Source: Mobula hypostoma (lineage: Eukaryota). From it: a DNA stretch of 64,000 nt. The notes under the pieces are model-generated. The model saw only the letters and a program-made list of their open reading frames with translations, had not been told where the DNA came from and did no database searches. Of this stretch, positions 25,140 to 38,215 are shown piece by piece (position 1 is the stretch's first letter; the number at the start of each line of letters is the position of its first letter). Where the stretch lies: assembly GCF_963921235.1 (NCBI RefSeq), contig NC_086109.1, forward strand, positions 20,648,001 to 20,712,000. Reading direction: 5' to 3'. A program made the translations under genes and the position numbers.

Positions 25140-25320
25140 AAAAGATTCAAAATATTCAATTTATCAGACGCATGTTGAACCATACAGTGAAATGCGTTGT
25201 TTGCTTAACAACCAGCACAACCCAAGGCTGTGCTGGGGGCAGCCCATGATTATCACTGCACATTCTGGCGCCAACATAGCACACCCACAATGTCCAGCAG
25301 AACCACAGCAACAAAAGACA
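25140..25320 (-). mobile_element. LINE/SINE 3' tail fragment
   Basis: gctgggggcagccc...ctggcgccaacatagc recurs inverted at about 38225-38345. Confidence 0.55.
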
Positions 25321-26018
25321 AAAAAAAGTCAGGCAGCATCTATAGAGAGAAACACAGAATTTGCATGCCCAATTGTTGATCTTTCAAGTGTTCTGATCAA
25401 AACTCACTGACCTAAAGTATGAAATCTGCTCCCCTCTCCTGTCGCTGTCTAACCTGCTAATTCAAGTAATTTTCTGGCTTTACATTGATTTACAGTAACA
25501 ATACTTCTTTGTTTTTCCCTTGCTGTGGCATTTTCAACATTACAAGTGGTTAAACTTCAAATCTAATACATTGATTGTGAAGCACTGAAGCATTTTGCAT
25601 TTTAAAAGCTGCAATGGCAAAAGAAATATCATAGCAAGACTCAATGGCAGTAGATTGCCATAAGGTGGCACCAGAGGGCCTTCCTAAACTTCCATTTGCA
25701 AACTATAAAAGGTACACACTCACACACTCCAGTGAATTTTTAAAAATTTTTTGGAACAAATTAAGTGACCTTAGTGACAAGCCGCTGTACCAGCAGTTTG
25801 GAGGTCTCATATTGGGTTGGATTTGCCAGCTGAGCAGGAATCTTCTGCCAAAAGGGAACAGGGGATTGCCACGTTCATAAACTACTTCAAGTGGGAACTT
25901 GAAATCTTAACATCAAACAAAACATAATTATCCTCTTCATTTTGAACAAAATATGGAAAAATTTACATTCAAGAAACAGCTTTCTTACCTTCAGCACAAA
26001 CTGAAGTACTGTATGCAA

Positions 26019-26757
26019 CAGTAACATACAGTATACAGCAGACTGTTGCATACAGTAACAGTATACAGCAGACTGTTGCATACAATAACAGTAACACACA
26101 GTATACAGCAGACTGTTGCATACAGTAACAGTATACAGCAGACTGTTGCATACAGTAACAGTAACACAGTATACAGCAGACTGTTGCATACAGTAACAGT
26201 AACACAGTATACAGCAGACTGTTGCATACAGTAACAGTAACACAGTATACAGACTGTTGCATACAGTAACAGTAACACAGTACACAGACTGTTGCATACA
26301 GTAACAGTAACATACAGTATACAGACTGTTGCATACAGTAACAGTAACATACAGTATACAGACTGTTGCATACAGTAACAGTAACACACAGTATACAGCA
26401 GACTGTTGCATACAGTAACAGTAACACACAGTATACAGCAGACTGTTGCATACAGTAACAGTATACAGCAGACTGTTGCATACAGTAACAGTAACACAGT
26501 ACAGAGCAGACTGTTGCATACAGTAACAGTAACACAGTACACAGACTGTTGCATACAGTAACAGTAGCATACAGTATACAGACTGTTGCATACAGTAACA
26601 GTAACATACAGTATACAGACTGTTGCATACAGTAACAGTAACACACAGTATACAGCAGACTGTTGCATACAGTAACAGTAACACAGTATACAGCAGACTG
26701 TTGCATACAGTAACAGTAACATACAGTATACAGCAGACTGTTGCATACAGTAACAGA
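26019..26757. repeat. Minisatellite, about 20 units of 30-40 bp, core GACTGTTGCATACAGTAACAGTA
   Basis: Directly visible tandem array. Unit length varies by modular CAG / CAGTAA / CA inserts. Confidence 0.97.
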
Positions 26758-26981
26758 CGTGTCAAGCTGCGCCCTGATGCAGAGATTCAACTTGAAACAC
26801 TGACAATTCCTTTCCTCCTACAAATGCTACTTTCCCCACTGATTTTCTCAAGTAATGCACAAGATGCTGGAGGAATTCAGCTATGTAGGAAAATGAGTAG
26901 TCAATGTTTCTAGTTGAGATACTTCATCTGATCCTCCAGCAGATTGTTTCTTGCTCCAGATCACAGCATCTACAGTCTTTC

Positions 26982-27156
26982 GGTGCAGGCCAGGCAGCAT
27001 CTCTAGGAAGAGGTACAGTCGACGTTTCGGGCCGAGACTCTTCGTCAGGACTAACGTCGACTGCACCTCTTCCGAGAGATGCTGCCTGGCCTGCTGCATT
27101 CACCAGTAACTTTTATGTGTGTTGCCTGAAATTCCAGCATCTGCAGATTTCCTTGT
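26982..27156. mobile_element. Young fold-back Penelope tail mini-element nested in an older Penelope tail
   Basis: 42-bp inverted arms at 26985-27026 and 27053-27094. 14-bp TSD ATCTACAGTCTTTC at 26968-26981 and 27157-27170. Confidence 0.8.
27016..27052 (-). ncRNA. Minimal type I hammerhead ribozyme motif (Penelope-type), one stem II mismatch
   Basis: Minus strand reads AGUC-CUGACGA-AGAGUCUCGGCCC-GAAAC-GUC-GACU. Confidence 0.65.
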
Positions 27157-27464
27157 ATCTACAGTCTTTCATGTCTCTTTGAAGTACCTTAAAGCCAAGT
27201 TAGCATTTTTGAAGTGCTGTCACTCATTTGATGGTGGAGCAACACTACAATAACAGTAACACTGGAAGTAGGAAAGCAACTAACAATCTTAGCAAGCTTT
27301 TACAAATAAGCAATCAAATAATGGGCATTTTGTTTTTAGTGAAACTGCAAGACAAATATTAGCCAGGATAATAGGGAAATTCTCCAGCTCTCCTGTAAAT
27401 TGCAACAAAGGTAGCTGCATCTCATACAGCAGATAAGAGGTGGTATCCAAAACATGCATAAACT

Positions 27465-29815
27465 CTGCTCAGGGTTCCAGCCAGGTACAGGTGTTGATTT
27501 TAATCAACATCTCAATGACAAATTCCACCACCTTCATCAGAGATGCCTAGGAACGTCTAGTCTGGAGGTATATATACCCTCGTCATCTGTCTCTCCTAAC
27601 TGGTTAGCCTTCAACCAATCAGGTTTCTGCTGTCTCATTTTATTTACTATGATATTCCAGTTCTTACTTAAAGCAAGACCTTCGACTTTGTTAAGATTCT
27701 TATTCTCTAGTCTTATTTCAATGACTCCTTCACCAGGCAGTCCCAAAAGCCATTGGCACTGCAGTAGTTTTGTGGCAAAGTCAATCCTGTGGCCATTGCA
27801 TATGAAACATTCTGTTACCACCGATTTCTCCGGGTAACCCACACTGATACACCTCCTATGCTCTTTGATGTGGGTTTCCTCCATGTATCCCGTCTGGCCG
27901 ATATACGCCTTTGCACATTCACAGGGAATCCTATAAACGCCAGCCGTCCTGAGTCCTAGGCCATCTTTGACCTACTTAAACTGGGATTTGAGCTTCCTTA
28001 GCAGGTTTCTGGATGGTATTAATCTGGCAATCCTTCCAGAACCTGTGGAAATATAGGGAAGACAGGCAGTAGCAACTGGTTCCTCCTCATTGTTAGGTTT
28101 CTACCACCGGATACCGTGGAGGAGGCAAGGATAGAGGCCTGCATGGCCTCAAAAAGGGCCTTTAAGCCAAACATTACAAAATGAGAGCAACCTCCAGACA
28201 TTATGGCAAAACCCAGCCATCATGATTTTACCAGCAGACAAAGAAAATCCAATGGTCCTGATGTCCTCAGAGGAATACGACAGAAAAGTTCAACAGATTC
28301 TGGATGATCCCACTTAAAGTTGTACAACGAGATCCCACAGATTTGATTGAGAGGAAGACCTTCACTTTACTGAAAAAAATCCAGACTGCCAACAGTCATA
28401 TGCAAGCCACCCCTACCTCCGGCGTCAGTACCACCAAGGCTTTACAGACTCCCTAAAGGTATACAAGCAGGGTTCCCCCTATCATCAGTGCAATAGATTC
28501 TCGGACTTACTACCTTGCTAAGGATTTAACAACCATGCTGTCTCCCTCTGTTGGGGGCTCTGAGCATCACATCACAAATTCGACTGACTTCGTAAAAACA
28601 ATAATCAACATTCAGCTGACACCAGCGGACATAATGGTCAGTTTCGACATGGTATCCTGGTTCACGAGAGTTCCCATCAAGGACACCTCGGTCCTCCTGT
28701 GGTCAAGGTTTAATATGGGTACCACTGACCTTTCTGAACACACCTTTACTTCCTCTAAAGGGGAACTACTATGAACAAACGGACAGAGTGGCCATGGGTT
28801 GACCTTGTTGCCGACTATTGCTAATTTCTACATGGAGGAATTTGAGGGGAGAATGCTGAGCTCATCACCCTTATGCCGCAAATGCTTCTTCAGATACATC
28901 AATGACACCTTCATAGTGTAGCCACATGGACTCCAGGCATTCCCAACAGTTCCACGACCATTTGAATAACTATACACCCAAACATTCAACTTAGGATAGA
29001 GATGGAGGAGAATGGTTGCCTCCCATTCCTATACATTCTAATACGTCGTAAACTGGACGCCAGCCTCGGACATGGTGTCTATCAGAAGTCCACTAACATG
29101 GACTTCTACATCAACAATAACTGTCACCATCATGTCTCACAACGTGGAGCAGTTCTTTCTACTTTGATTAACCGTGCAAAAACCATTTCGGACCTGGGGA
29201 GTCTCCACAAGGAAATAAGATGATTACACTCGACTTGGCTAAGAGGCAGAGGGAATCAATCGGCCCTTAAAAGGGCTGACAGAAAAAAAAAACTAGAAAA
29301 CCCAACAACGAGGAAGGACTGATCACTACTGTCTGTCTTCCATTATTTCCACAGTTTCTGGAAGGATCCCCAGGATCCTGAAGAAATACATTAATACCAT
29401 ATACAAGCCCACAAGGTAGCTCAAATCCCAGCTTGTGTGGGTCAAAGATTACCTGGGACTCAGGATGACTGGCGTTTACAGGATTCCCTGTGAATGTGGA
29501 GCAGCGAATATGGCCAGCTGGGGTGCACAGTGGAAACCCGCAACAAGGAGCACAGGAGGTGTATCAATTTGGGTTACCTGGAGAAATTGGCGGTAGCAGA
29601 ACACTGCATACACAATGAGTTTTGGATTGACTTCGACAGCACAAGACTATTGTGCCACACCAATGGCTTTGGAACTGCCTGGTGAAGAAGCCATTGAAAT
29701 GTATACCACTGGACTAGATGTGCCTAGGCATCATCCCTGATGAAGATGGCGGAGTTTGTCATCGAAGCATCAGTTAAAAATCGACACCTATACCCGGCTG
29801 GAAGCCCAAGAAGTG
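27465..29815 (+). mobile_element. Penelope/Poseidon-type element with an inverted 3'-end copy at its 5' side
   Basis: Plus strand has broken RT (SFDMVSWFTRVP, VAMG, RYINDTF, LPFL, VYQKSTNMD) and GIY-YIG (GVYRIPCEC, RNKEH) up to ~29815. About 27465-28110 is the same 3' region on the minus strand. Both ends carry a CTGATGA hammerhead-like motif. Confidence 0.85.
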
Positions 29816-29826
29816 CATCATATATA

Positions 29827-30345
29827 CATGTTTCCCCGGCTATCCAAAGGTAGAGCGTTCCTATGAAACTGTTTGTAAGCCGAAATGTCGTAAAGCGAAG
29901 AAGTAATTACCATTAATTTATATGGGAAATATTTTTGAGCGTTCCCAGACCCAAAAAATAACCTACCAAATCATAACACATAAAACCTAAAATAACATGA
30001 ACATATAGTAAAAGCAAGAATGATATGATAAATACACAGGCTATATATAGTAGAAGTAATGTATGTACGGTGTAGTTTCACTTATCAAAATCGGGAAGAC
30101 AGCGAGCCAAGATTGATTTGGAGAGAGAAAAAAATAATTGGCACGTACATGCATGCGCACACAACTGAATGCACAAGGCTTCACGGTCATGGTAGTCTTT
30201 CCCAGGGTAAACACACGTATAAAGCGAGCGTCTTTTTTTCATAAAAATGAAATTCCTCTTTGGTTAGTGAAAACAGGTACTAATGCAGGTCTTCCGTAAC
30301 AGCGAGCTGTCTTAAAGCGAACGTTCGAAAAACGGGGGCCACCAG
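29827..30345 (-). mobile_element. Short Tigger/pogo non-autonomous element, same family as 35162-36809
   Basis: TA flanks. Ends are reverse complements of the ends of 35162-36809. Confidence 0.85.
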
Positions 30346-31374
30346 TACCAGGAAAACACTATCTTTTTCAATCCAAAAGGTGACAAATACAACAACATAG
30401 TGCTCCTATTGGCCCACCACAGAAATGTATTTCATGCTCTTCTGCTTCAGTCCTTGCAGTGGACCACAGATCTATGTCTTTCCTACTCTGAGGTAAGAAC
30501 AGAATCAAAAGAATCACTGGCAGCTGGCCAGATCTTAGTTTATATTTATAGGCTTTCATGAGAAAACTGCCAATGGCATTAATGACCTAGTAGGGTCAGA
30601 TAGCAATCCATGAGGCAAAATGCCATGAGAACCACATCAGACAGAGTGCTCTGATTTTTCTCATTCTTTGGCTTCTGGGATTTGAGATAGTTTGTTTGCC
30701 TGCATATTTAGCTATATGTCTATTTCATGATTTGTTTTTAAATATTCAAACAGTCCAATGTAAATTAATCATTTAAAATTAACATACATCGATAAAGGTT
30801 TTTAGAACCAAAGTCTTTATTCCTCAAAATCATTATCTGAGTTTAACATGTATTAAGAATCACACTTTAATGCAATGCGAGTTTAATTTGTTATCTCAGA
30901 TTATGCACATCATACTACTTCCAGTAACAAAACAAATTTGTGCCAAATAGTACCATAACCCAGTGAGACATGACACCTCTGGAAAGCATCTATCAAAAAC
31001 TTTATTACATGACAAAGCAGCTCCTACCCAATGAGATATTGTTAGCCATTTTGTGCACAGCAAGCAGTTAACGTTATGCTGATTGCGTGATAGCTATTAG
31101 CCACGGAGAACTTCTCTATGTTTTGATAAATAATGCCAAGGCATCGGCTATAACCATCTGAGAAAACAACTGTAAACCTGGCTATTACTAACTCCAACAG
31201 TTCTCAGTTTAATGATGTAGGTTAGCTGCTTGAGCCCAGTAGTGCATTCAATAAACCATGGATACAATACCATACTGCAAGAGTATAAAATAGTAAAATT
31301 CCTACAAATTACAAAAGGAATATTTCACCTTAATGGACTTCTTGTCAAACTATTTTACTTATAAATACATGGTA

Positions 31375-31575
31375 TGCTGCAGGTGCTGGAAATCTTGAAC
31401 AACGCACAAAATGCTAGAAGAAATCAGCAAGTCAAGCAGCAGCCTTGGAGGGGCATACACAGTTGATGTTTCAGGCTAAATAATTTCATTTGAGTCTCGG
31501 CCTGAAATGTCAACTGTTTATTCCGTCCATACATGCTACCTGACCTGCTGAGTTCCTCCAACATTGTGTACGCTA
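31375..31575. mobile_element. Old inverted pair of Penelope tails
   Basis: caaaatgctagaagaaatcagc...gttgatgtttcaggc followed by gtctcggcctgaaatgtcaac...ctgagttcctcca. Confidence 0.6.
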
Positions 31576-32417
31576 CTCTTGTACCGGCAACTCACGTTCT
31601 CAGCATTATTTATTTTTTTATGTGAACTTTTTGTCTTCTTTTGCACACTGGTTGCTTGTTGGTCGTTGTCTATGTAAAGTTTTTCGTAAAATTCCATTAC
31701 ATTTTTTCCCCTGCAATTGCCTGCAAGAATATTAATCCCAAAAAAGTAGTATATGATAACATTTACATAATTTGATCATAAATTTACTTTGAAATTAAAA
31801 TGGGGAATTTTAGTATGTGAATTAATTGCTGCCCAAATAGATCTTCAGACATTGATGAACTGTTCTCTGCATCCACCACTTCTTCAAACTAATCTCCAGG
31901 GAAACTCCAATACACCAAATATATTTGGTTACTGTTTCTGGATCTTGCAACTTAACTACTGTATAAAATCAAACAGCATATGAGAATGGGGTGTAGGGTA
32001 TTAAAACAACTATAGATATTCTGACAAATAATATTATTTTTCACAGCTTCACTTGAGAATTACACTTGGTCTAGACGTCACATGAGCAGTCCCATAGAAA
32101 ATAAATCACTTAGAGAAAGTTTTAAGAATGACAGGGAAAATTCAAATACTGAATTGATAATGGATCTCTGATGTACATACATCTAGATGTCTATAACAAA
32201 AGTTATGAATGTAAATGTCTGATTTTCTCCAATTTCTAACAACCCTCTATCAATTCACCAATCACTCCCTTCTGGTCAGTAGCTAGTGGTCAGACTCTGG
32301 AGTAATTCTAGCAAGTTTACATTTTATTAAAGCAAGCTAATCTACTCCTTTGAGAGACCGTTTATCATGTTAAGGTTTATGAGACCAGGGCAAATGATCT
32401 ACTTAATTATATACACA

Positions 32418-32974
32418 CACTCAGTGGCCACTTTATTACATTCACCTGTACACCTGCTCATTAATGTAAATATCTTAATCAGCCAATCATGTGGCAGCAA
32501 CTCAGTGTTAGAAAGCATGCCTACATGGTCAAGAGGTTCAGTTGCTGTTCAGACCAAACTTCAAAATGGGGAAGAAATGTGATCCAAGTGAGTTTGATTG
32601 TGGAATGATTACTGGTGGCAGATGGGGTGGTTTGAGTATCACAGTAACTGCTGATCTCCTGAGATTTTCATGCGCAACAATCTCTAGAGCTTATAGAAAA
32701 TGATGCCGAAAACAAAAAAACATACAGTGAATGGCACTTTAGTGAGCAAAAACATCTTGTTAATGTGTTAATGAGAGAGGTCAAAGAAGAATAGCCAAAC
32801 TAGTTCAAGCTGACAGGAAGGTGACAGTAATTCAAAGAAACACACATTACATCAGTGGTGTACAGAAGGGCATCTCTGAACAGACAACACATCGAACTCT
32901 GAAGTGAACTGACGACAGCAGCAGAAAACCACACTGGGTTCCATTCCTATACCCAACAAAGTGGCCACTGAGTG
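32418..32974 (+). mobile_element. Tc1/mariner non-autonomous element
   Basis: TIRs CACTCAGTGGCCACTTT and AAAGTGGCCACTGAGTG+TA. Internal remnant of a transposase N-terminus (MGKKCDPSEFDCGMI). Confidence 0.85.
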
Positions 32975-32994
32975 TATAAAAACCATAAGGCAGT

Positions 32995-33080
32995 AGATCA
33001 AGGGTTTCCATCCTGGGGTCCACAGACCCCTTGGTTAATGGTAGAGGTCCATGGCATAAAGGAGGATGGGAACCCTACAA
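32995..33080. mobile_element. Small MITE (hAT-like ends); related copy at about 48522-48605
   Basis: agggtttccatcc...gggaacccta. The second copy reads caggggttcccatcc...gttgggaacct. Confidence 0.5.
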
Positions 33081-33779
33081 TAGATAGACTAGTTGACATC
33101 CTTGCAGATTTCAAAGATTCTAAACCAGCTCACAGACTTGAAAGAGGCAAACATAATCCCCCAAATACTTAAACAAAAAGACAAAATACCAGTTAGCCAG
33201 ACATTAGAGAGGAAATTAACCAATTTGCTATATACTCAAATTTGGAAGAACGAACGGTGAACTTACTGAGGATGGTGGGTAGCTCAAGGTGCTTCTAGCT
33301 GCAGTGTCTAGAACTGGGATTCAGAGACGCAAAATAAGGAGTCCACAATTTAAAGCAAGATAACAAGACTTTTCTCCACCTCAGAGTTGTGAATCTTTGC
33401 AATTCTCCACCCAAGAGGAGAGTGATAGCTGAGTCACTCAGCATAGTCAAAAGAGAGATTGGAAGAGTTTTATACATTAAAGGGACATGAATGAGGCATT
33501 TGGATAAAAAGATGGGCCATAATCTTACCAAATGACAGAACAGAGATAAAGGACCAACTTGCTTACTCCTGCAGCTATTTCTCAAGTTCTTCCACTGTTC
33601 TTTTTCTGCCAAATAAGAAAAAGATGGAAGCAAAAAAAAAGTGGCAAAGAAAATGGAGAGTAAAAGGATCACACACAGAAGAGGAACTCAACAGGCCAGG
33701 CAGCATCAATGGAAAAGAATACAGTTGACGTTTCAGGCCAAGACCCTTCAGCAGGACTACAAGTGTCTTTAGTGACATA

Positions 33780-34410
33780 CTAAGTCTAATCAAACTCCTA
33801 AAACAATACACCTCCTGATCACCAAATGAAATTCTGCCAACTGTTGTCATCAGCAAATTTATAGATGGTATTTCAGCTGTGCCTAGCCATACAGTCATGC
33901 GTGTAGAGAGAGTAGGAGCCAGCGTTGATTGTCAGTGAGGAGACGTTCTAATCTGCACAGACTGTGGAGACCTGGTCAGGACGTCAAGGATCCTGTTGCA
34001 GTGTAAGGTACACAGGCCCAGGTTTTGGAGCTTGTTGATTTGAACTGAGGGTATGAGTGTGTTGAATACTGAGCCATAATCAATAAACAGCAGCCTGACG
34101 TAGGTATTACTATTGTCCAGATGATCCAAAGCCAAGTGGAGAATCCAGTGAGTATGTATCCACTGTAGGCCCATTGTGGCAATAGGCACATTGCAGCAGG
34201 TCTAGGTCCTTGCTTAGGGAGCCATGACCAACCTCTCAACACACTTCATCTCAGTAGATGTGAGCGCCACTGGCCAATAGTCGTGAAGGCATCTCACCCT
34301 GCTCTTCTTAAGCACTGATATAATTGTCACCCTTTTGAAGCAGGTGGGAACCTCCAACGACAGCACTGAGAGACTGAAGTTGTCCTTGATCATGAAATAC
34401 ACTGAGGATG
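33780..34410 (-). mobile_element. Rex1/Babar-like LINE RT fragment
   Basis: ORFs 33932..34189 and 34214..34462 ([35 protein letters not shown]). Confidence 0.85.
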
Positions 34411-35161
34411 GGATGTATATTAGCAGTATCAAGCAAATGTCATATGAATCAAACCACAGCACATTACATTACATTACATTAACCTTGCTGCAAACTGCAG
34501 TAGCATTACAATAATTAAGTCCTCTGGAACAATGAAGATGGTGAATGTGAAGGATTTTTTCTAATTATATCTTGATGCATGGGGTTGCCAATCATTACAA
34601 ATGAGAACTACTTCTCTCCACAAACACAGTGGGGGCTAGATGAATTTCGTGGAGGATTTGTTCATATCATGAATGGAGGGATCTTCATCTGATCAGTCTG
34701 GGTAGACCTTGAACTCAGAAGGTGAAAGGTAAAAGAAAATCATCTCTTGCACTGTGAGAATAATGTTCAGTCTATTAACTAATGCAAGAAATCTCTAGCA
34801 GGTTTCTATATGGTCCTGCTAGGAAAAGGGATACCAACCATAATAGATGAATGTACTGGCCAAACTATCATAACCTTTCCCTGGTGTCAAGCTAACATCT
34901 TTGGTAAGTTAAAAGATGTTGTGCTTCAGAGCAAGGGAATTATTCCTGGTGTCCTGGACAGTATTTATTTTGGGGAAGAGTAATATCGTGGCTGTAGGTA
35001 ATTCCATAATAAAGGCAGCAAAGGGCATCCATTATAAACTAGATTGTGTGGCACATGGTATGGTGTTAATCTGGTACCACAGTAAAATGGATTTCTAACC
35101 AGCTGGCAAGGATGTTGGAGAAAGGAGAAAAACAGAGTTGTTGTGCTTTATGTTTACTATA

Positions 35162-36809
35162 CAGGTGTCCCCCACTTTTTGAATGTTCACTTTACGAAAC
35201 CTCACTGTTACGAAAGACCTACATTAGTTCCCTGTTTTCGCTTTCAGAAAGTGTTTTCACTGTCACGATAAAAAAGCAGTGCGCGAAAAAAATCAGCATG
35301 CGATAAGAGGCAGCGCGTGTCCCAAGCAGCCGCTCTCCCCCGGATTCGTAACAGCATTCTCACCAGCATTGCTTAAACATGTGCCTGTGAGCAGCCGTTA
35401 GCAAGGTGAGCTCTAAGGTATTGGAAAAGCCTAAAAGAGCTCGTAAGGGTGTTGCACTTAGCGTAAAACTAGACATAATTAAGCATTTTGATCGTGGTGA
35501 CCGAAGTAAGGACAACGTGAGTTTGGCTTGTGGAAGTTGACGAAGATGATGTTAAAGAGGTTTTAGCATCCCATGACCAAGAACTGATAGATGAAGAGCT
35601 GATGCAATTGGAAGAGGAAAGGATAACAATCGAAACCGAATGCAGCAGCGAACTGAATGTGAAGCAACTGCGTGAGATTTTCGCTGCAATGATAAAGTAC
35701 AACTTTAATTTTGAAAGGGTATGTCAGTTTAGGGGATATCTGCAAGATGCTTTGAGTCCTTACAAAGAACTGTATGATAGAAAAATGCACAAGGCTCAGC
35801 AGTCAAGAAAGCCTTCCACAACAGCCACAGCAGACGACAAACCTCGACCTTCGACATCGAGGCGGGCAGTCATAGGAGAAGATGAGCTGCCTGCCCTAAT
35901 GGAAACAGATGACGATGAGATGTCACCCCAGTGTCCCACCACCCCAACCCCCAGGCCGTGGACAGATACCAATTCGCGGAGAATGCAGTGGCAGCCGGGA
36001 GGCACACAGCACATCTTTAAGAAAAAGGCCGAAATAAACATGCTAATTAATTAGATGCCACCTGACACGTAATTGTCGGCCCAGATCAGAGGCGACGCAA
36101 TTGGCAATCGTCTCTGATCTGGGCCGACAATTAAGTGCTGGGCGGCACCTAATTAATTAGCATGTTTATTTCGGCTTTTTTCTTAAATATGTGCTGGGTG
36201 CGTCCCGGCCACCGCTGCTCGCTTCGCAGATCAGTGTCAGTCGGCAGCCCGGAGGGTGAGGGCCACTGCACCACCCCAACCTGCGACGACTCAGCCTAAC
36301 ACACCATCATCAGTGTGCTCGGCGCTGTCCCAATTCCGGTAAGTGATACTACACTGTACATACATTATTTCCACTTTATATAGGCTGTGTATTTTTACGT
36401 GTTATTTGGTATGATTTGGCAGCTTCACAGCTTAAAGGTTACTGGAGAGTGTTCTTGCCAACAGCGCTTGCGTGAAATTTTCTGCCAAGAGCGCTTGCGC
36501 CATGTTTTTGCCAACCGCGCTTGCATGAGATTTTCGCTACGGAGAGCAGTGCAGCACTGATTGTGAAAAAGCATTTCTACTTTATATAGGCTGTGTATTT
36601 ATCATATCATTCCTGCTTTTACTATATGTTACTGTTATTTTAGGTTTTATGTGTTATTTGGCATGATTTGGTAGGTTATTTTTGGGTCTGCGAACGGTCA
36701 CAAATTTTTCCCATATAAATAAATGGTAATTGCTTCTTTGCTTTACGATATTCCGGCTTACGAACCGTTTCATAAGAACGCTCTAACTTCGGATGGCGGG
36801 GGAAACTTG
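35162..36809 (+). mobile_element. Tigger/pogo deletion derivative (~1.65 kb)
   Basis: TA flanks and imperfect TIRs CAGGTGTCCCCC / CAAGTTTCCCCC. HTH-psq-like KRARKGVALSVKLDIIKHFDRG is joined to a Tigger C-terminus (EDDVKEVLASHDQELIDEEL). No DDE domain. Confidence 0.88.
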
Positions 36810-37579
36810 TAAATCCAAAACATGTAATCAGTACCTTAGACCACTCCCCATTTCTCCATTATAATTTCACCTACATTTGTCTCCAAGAGATCCAGTTATT
36901 TCAAAAACCCTTTTTTAATGCATACAAAACTTTCACAGATTTAATTTTAATTTCCATTCAAGATATATTGCCATGGTCATCATTTTTCTTGTTAATCTTT
37001 GCTGCTTCCTTTAAAGCTCACAATCTTTCTAACTTTCTACATTTTTGGCAACACAATCATTTTTATTTAAATCTATTATCTTTTACATTCTCAGTTAGGA
37101 ATGAATGGATCAAATTTCCAGCAAATTTTTTTTATTCCTCAATGGAATGTCCATTATTGAAAAGTTAGAGGCTTTTCTTTGAATGACTGCCATTGTTTTT
37201 TTTTCTTCTGGCTAACCTTTTAATCTATTTTTCAATTCTACTTTATGCAGTCCATTTCTTATACCTACGTAATATATCCCAGCATAGACAATATTGGCCT
37301 TACAATCAACGTAGCATAGATAAACCAGAATGTTTTCTGGGATATAGGGATCAACTTACAAGAAGAGATTATAGGAACTAAAGCCTGTTCCTTGAATTTA
37401 GAAAGTTGAGAAGTAATTTAAGTTTTTGTTACTAAGAGGGAGACTTAACGTAGATAAAGACAATTTCCTCTGGCTGAGAGCTGAAGAATACAATGCATTT
37501 CTTTCATGAACATTTTATTAAACATTTCTAATTGCAAAAAGTGAAACAAATTTGAAATCCTCTTCAGCAAGTAACAATT

Positions 37580-38215
37580 CAGCTAGTTGTACAGCACAGA
37601 ACCTACTCCAGAGTTTTTTTGCCCCTCTACATTAATGCCATCTACCTCCATTATGACCGTGTCCTTCTACACCTTGCCCATCTAAGAATTTGTCAAAATA
37701 CTACTTATAAACAATAATTGTATCCGATTCCACTATTCCCATCTGGCACAAGTTGCAGATATAAAGCACTGCCTTGTGAAAAATGTACTCATCATATCCG
37801 TTTTATAACTCCTTCCCCTCACCTTAAAATTATATCCTTTTGTTTTTGATACACCTATCATCAGAAAAAGTTTTTAACCATCTATATCTCTCATAGTCCT
37901 ACATACTTCCTTCAGGTCACTCCAGGGGACACAACTTAGCCTATCCAATCTTAGTCATAATTGAAGTCCTCCAATCCAGGCTAGATCCTGATGAATTGTT
38001 ACTGCACCCTCTCCAGTGCCTCCACATCATTCCTCTGGAGTGGCAACTAGAACGACACATGGTATTTCTAAGTGCAATCTGATCAATTGTGTAAAGTTGG
38101 AAAATGATGCCCCAACTCCTATATTCTGTGCCTCAACCTACGAAGGCAGGCATGGCACATGCCTTCTCTACCACCCCTCTACCATTGTTGCCACTTTCAA
38201 GGACCTATGGATTTG
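37580..38215 (-). mobile_element. Degenerate CR1 LINE 3' fragment
   Basis: Resembles 51045-51660 (ccaatccaggc...atcctgatgaat...tgcaccctctcca). Confidence 0.65.

Noticed and set aside
26019..26757. CRISPR-like array of 30-40 bp units
   Set aside because: No unique spacers, no cas genes and a vertebrate context. It is a simple VNTR.
25887..26790. Three long Cys/Tyr/Val-rich ORFs (251-292 aa)
   Set aside because: They are translations of a minisatellite with no stops on that strand. All three frames give the same peptides.
35530..36054. 174-aa acidic ORF as a TIGD-like gene
   Set aside because: Transposase C-terminal remnant with no DDE domain. The second copy near 63450-63930 is frameshifted.
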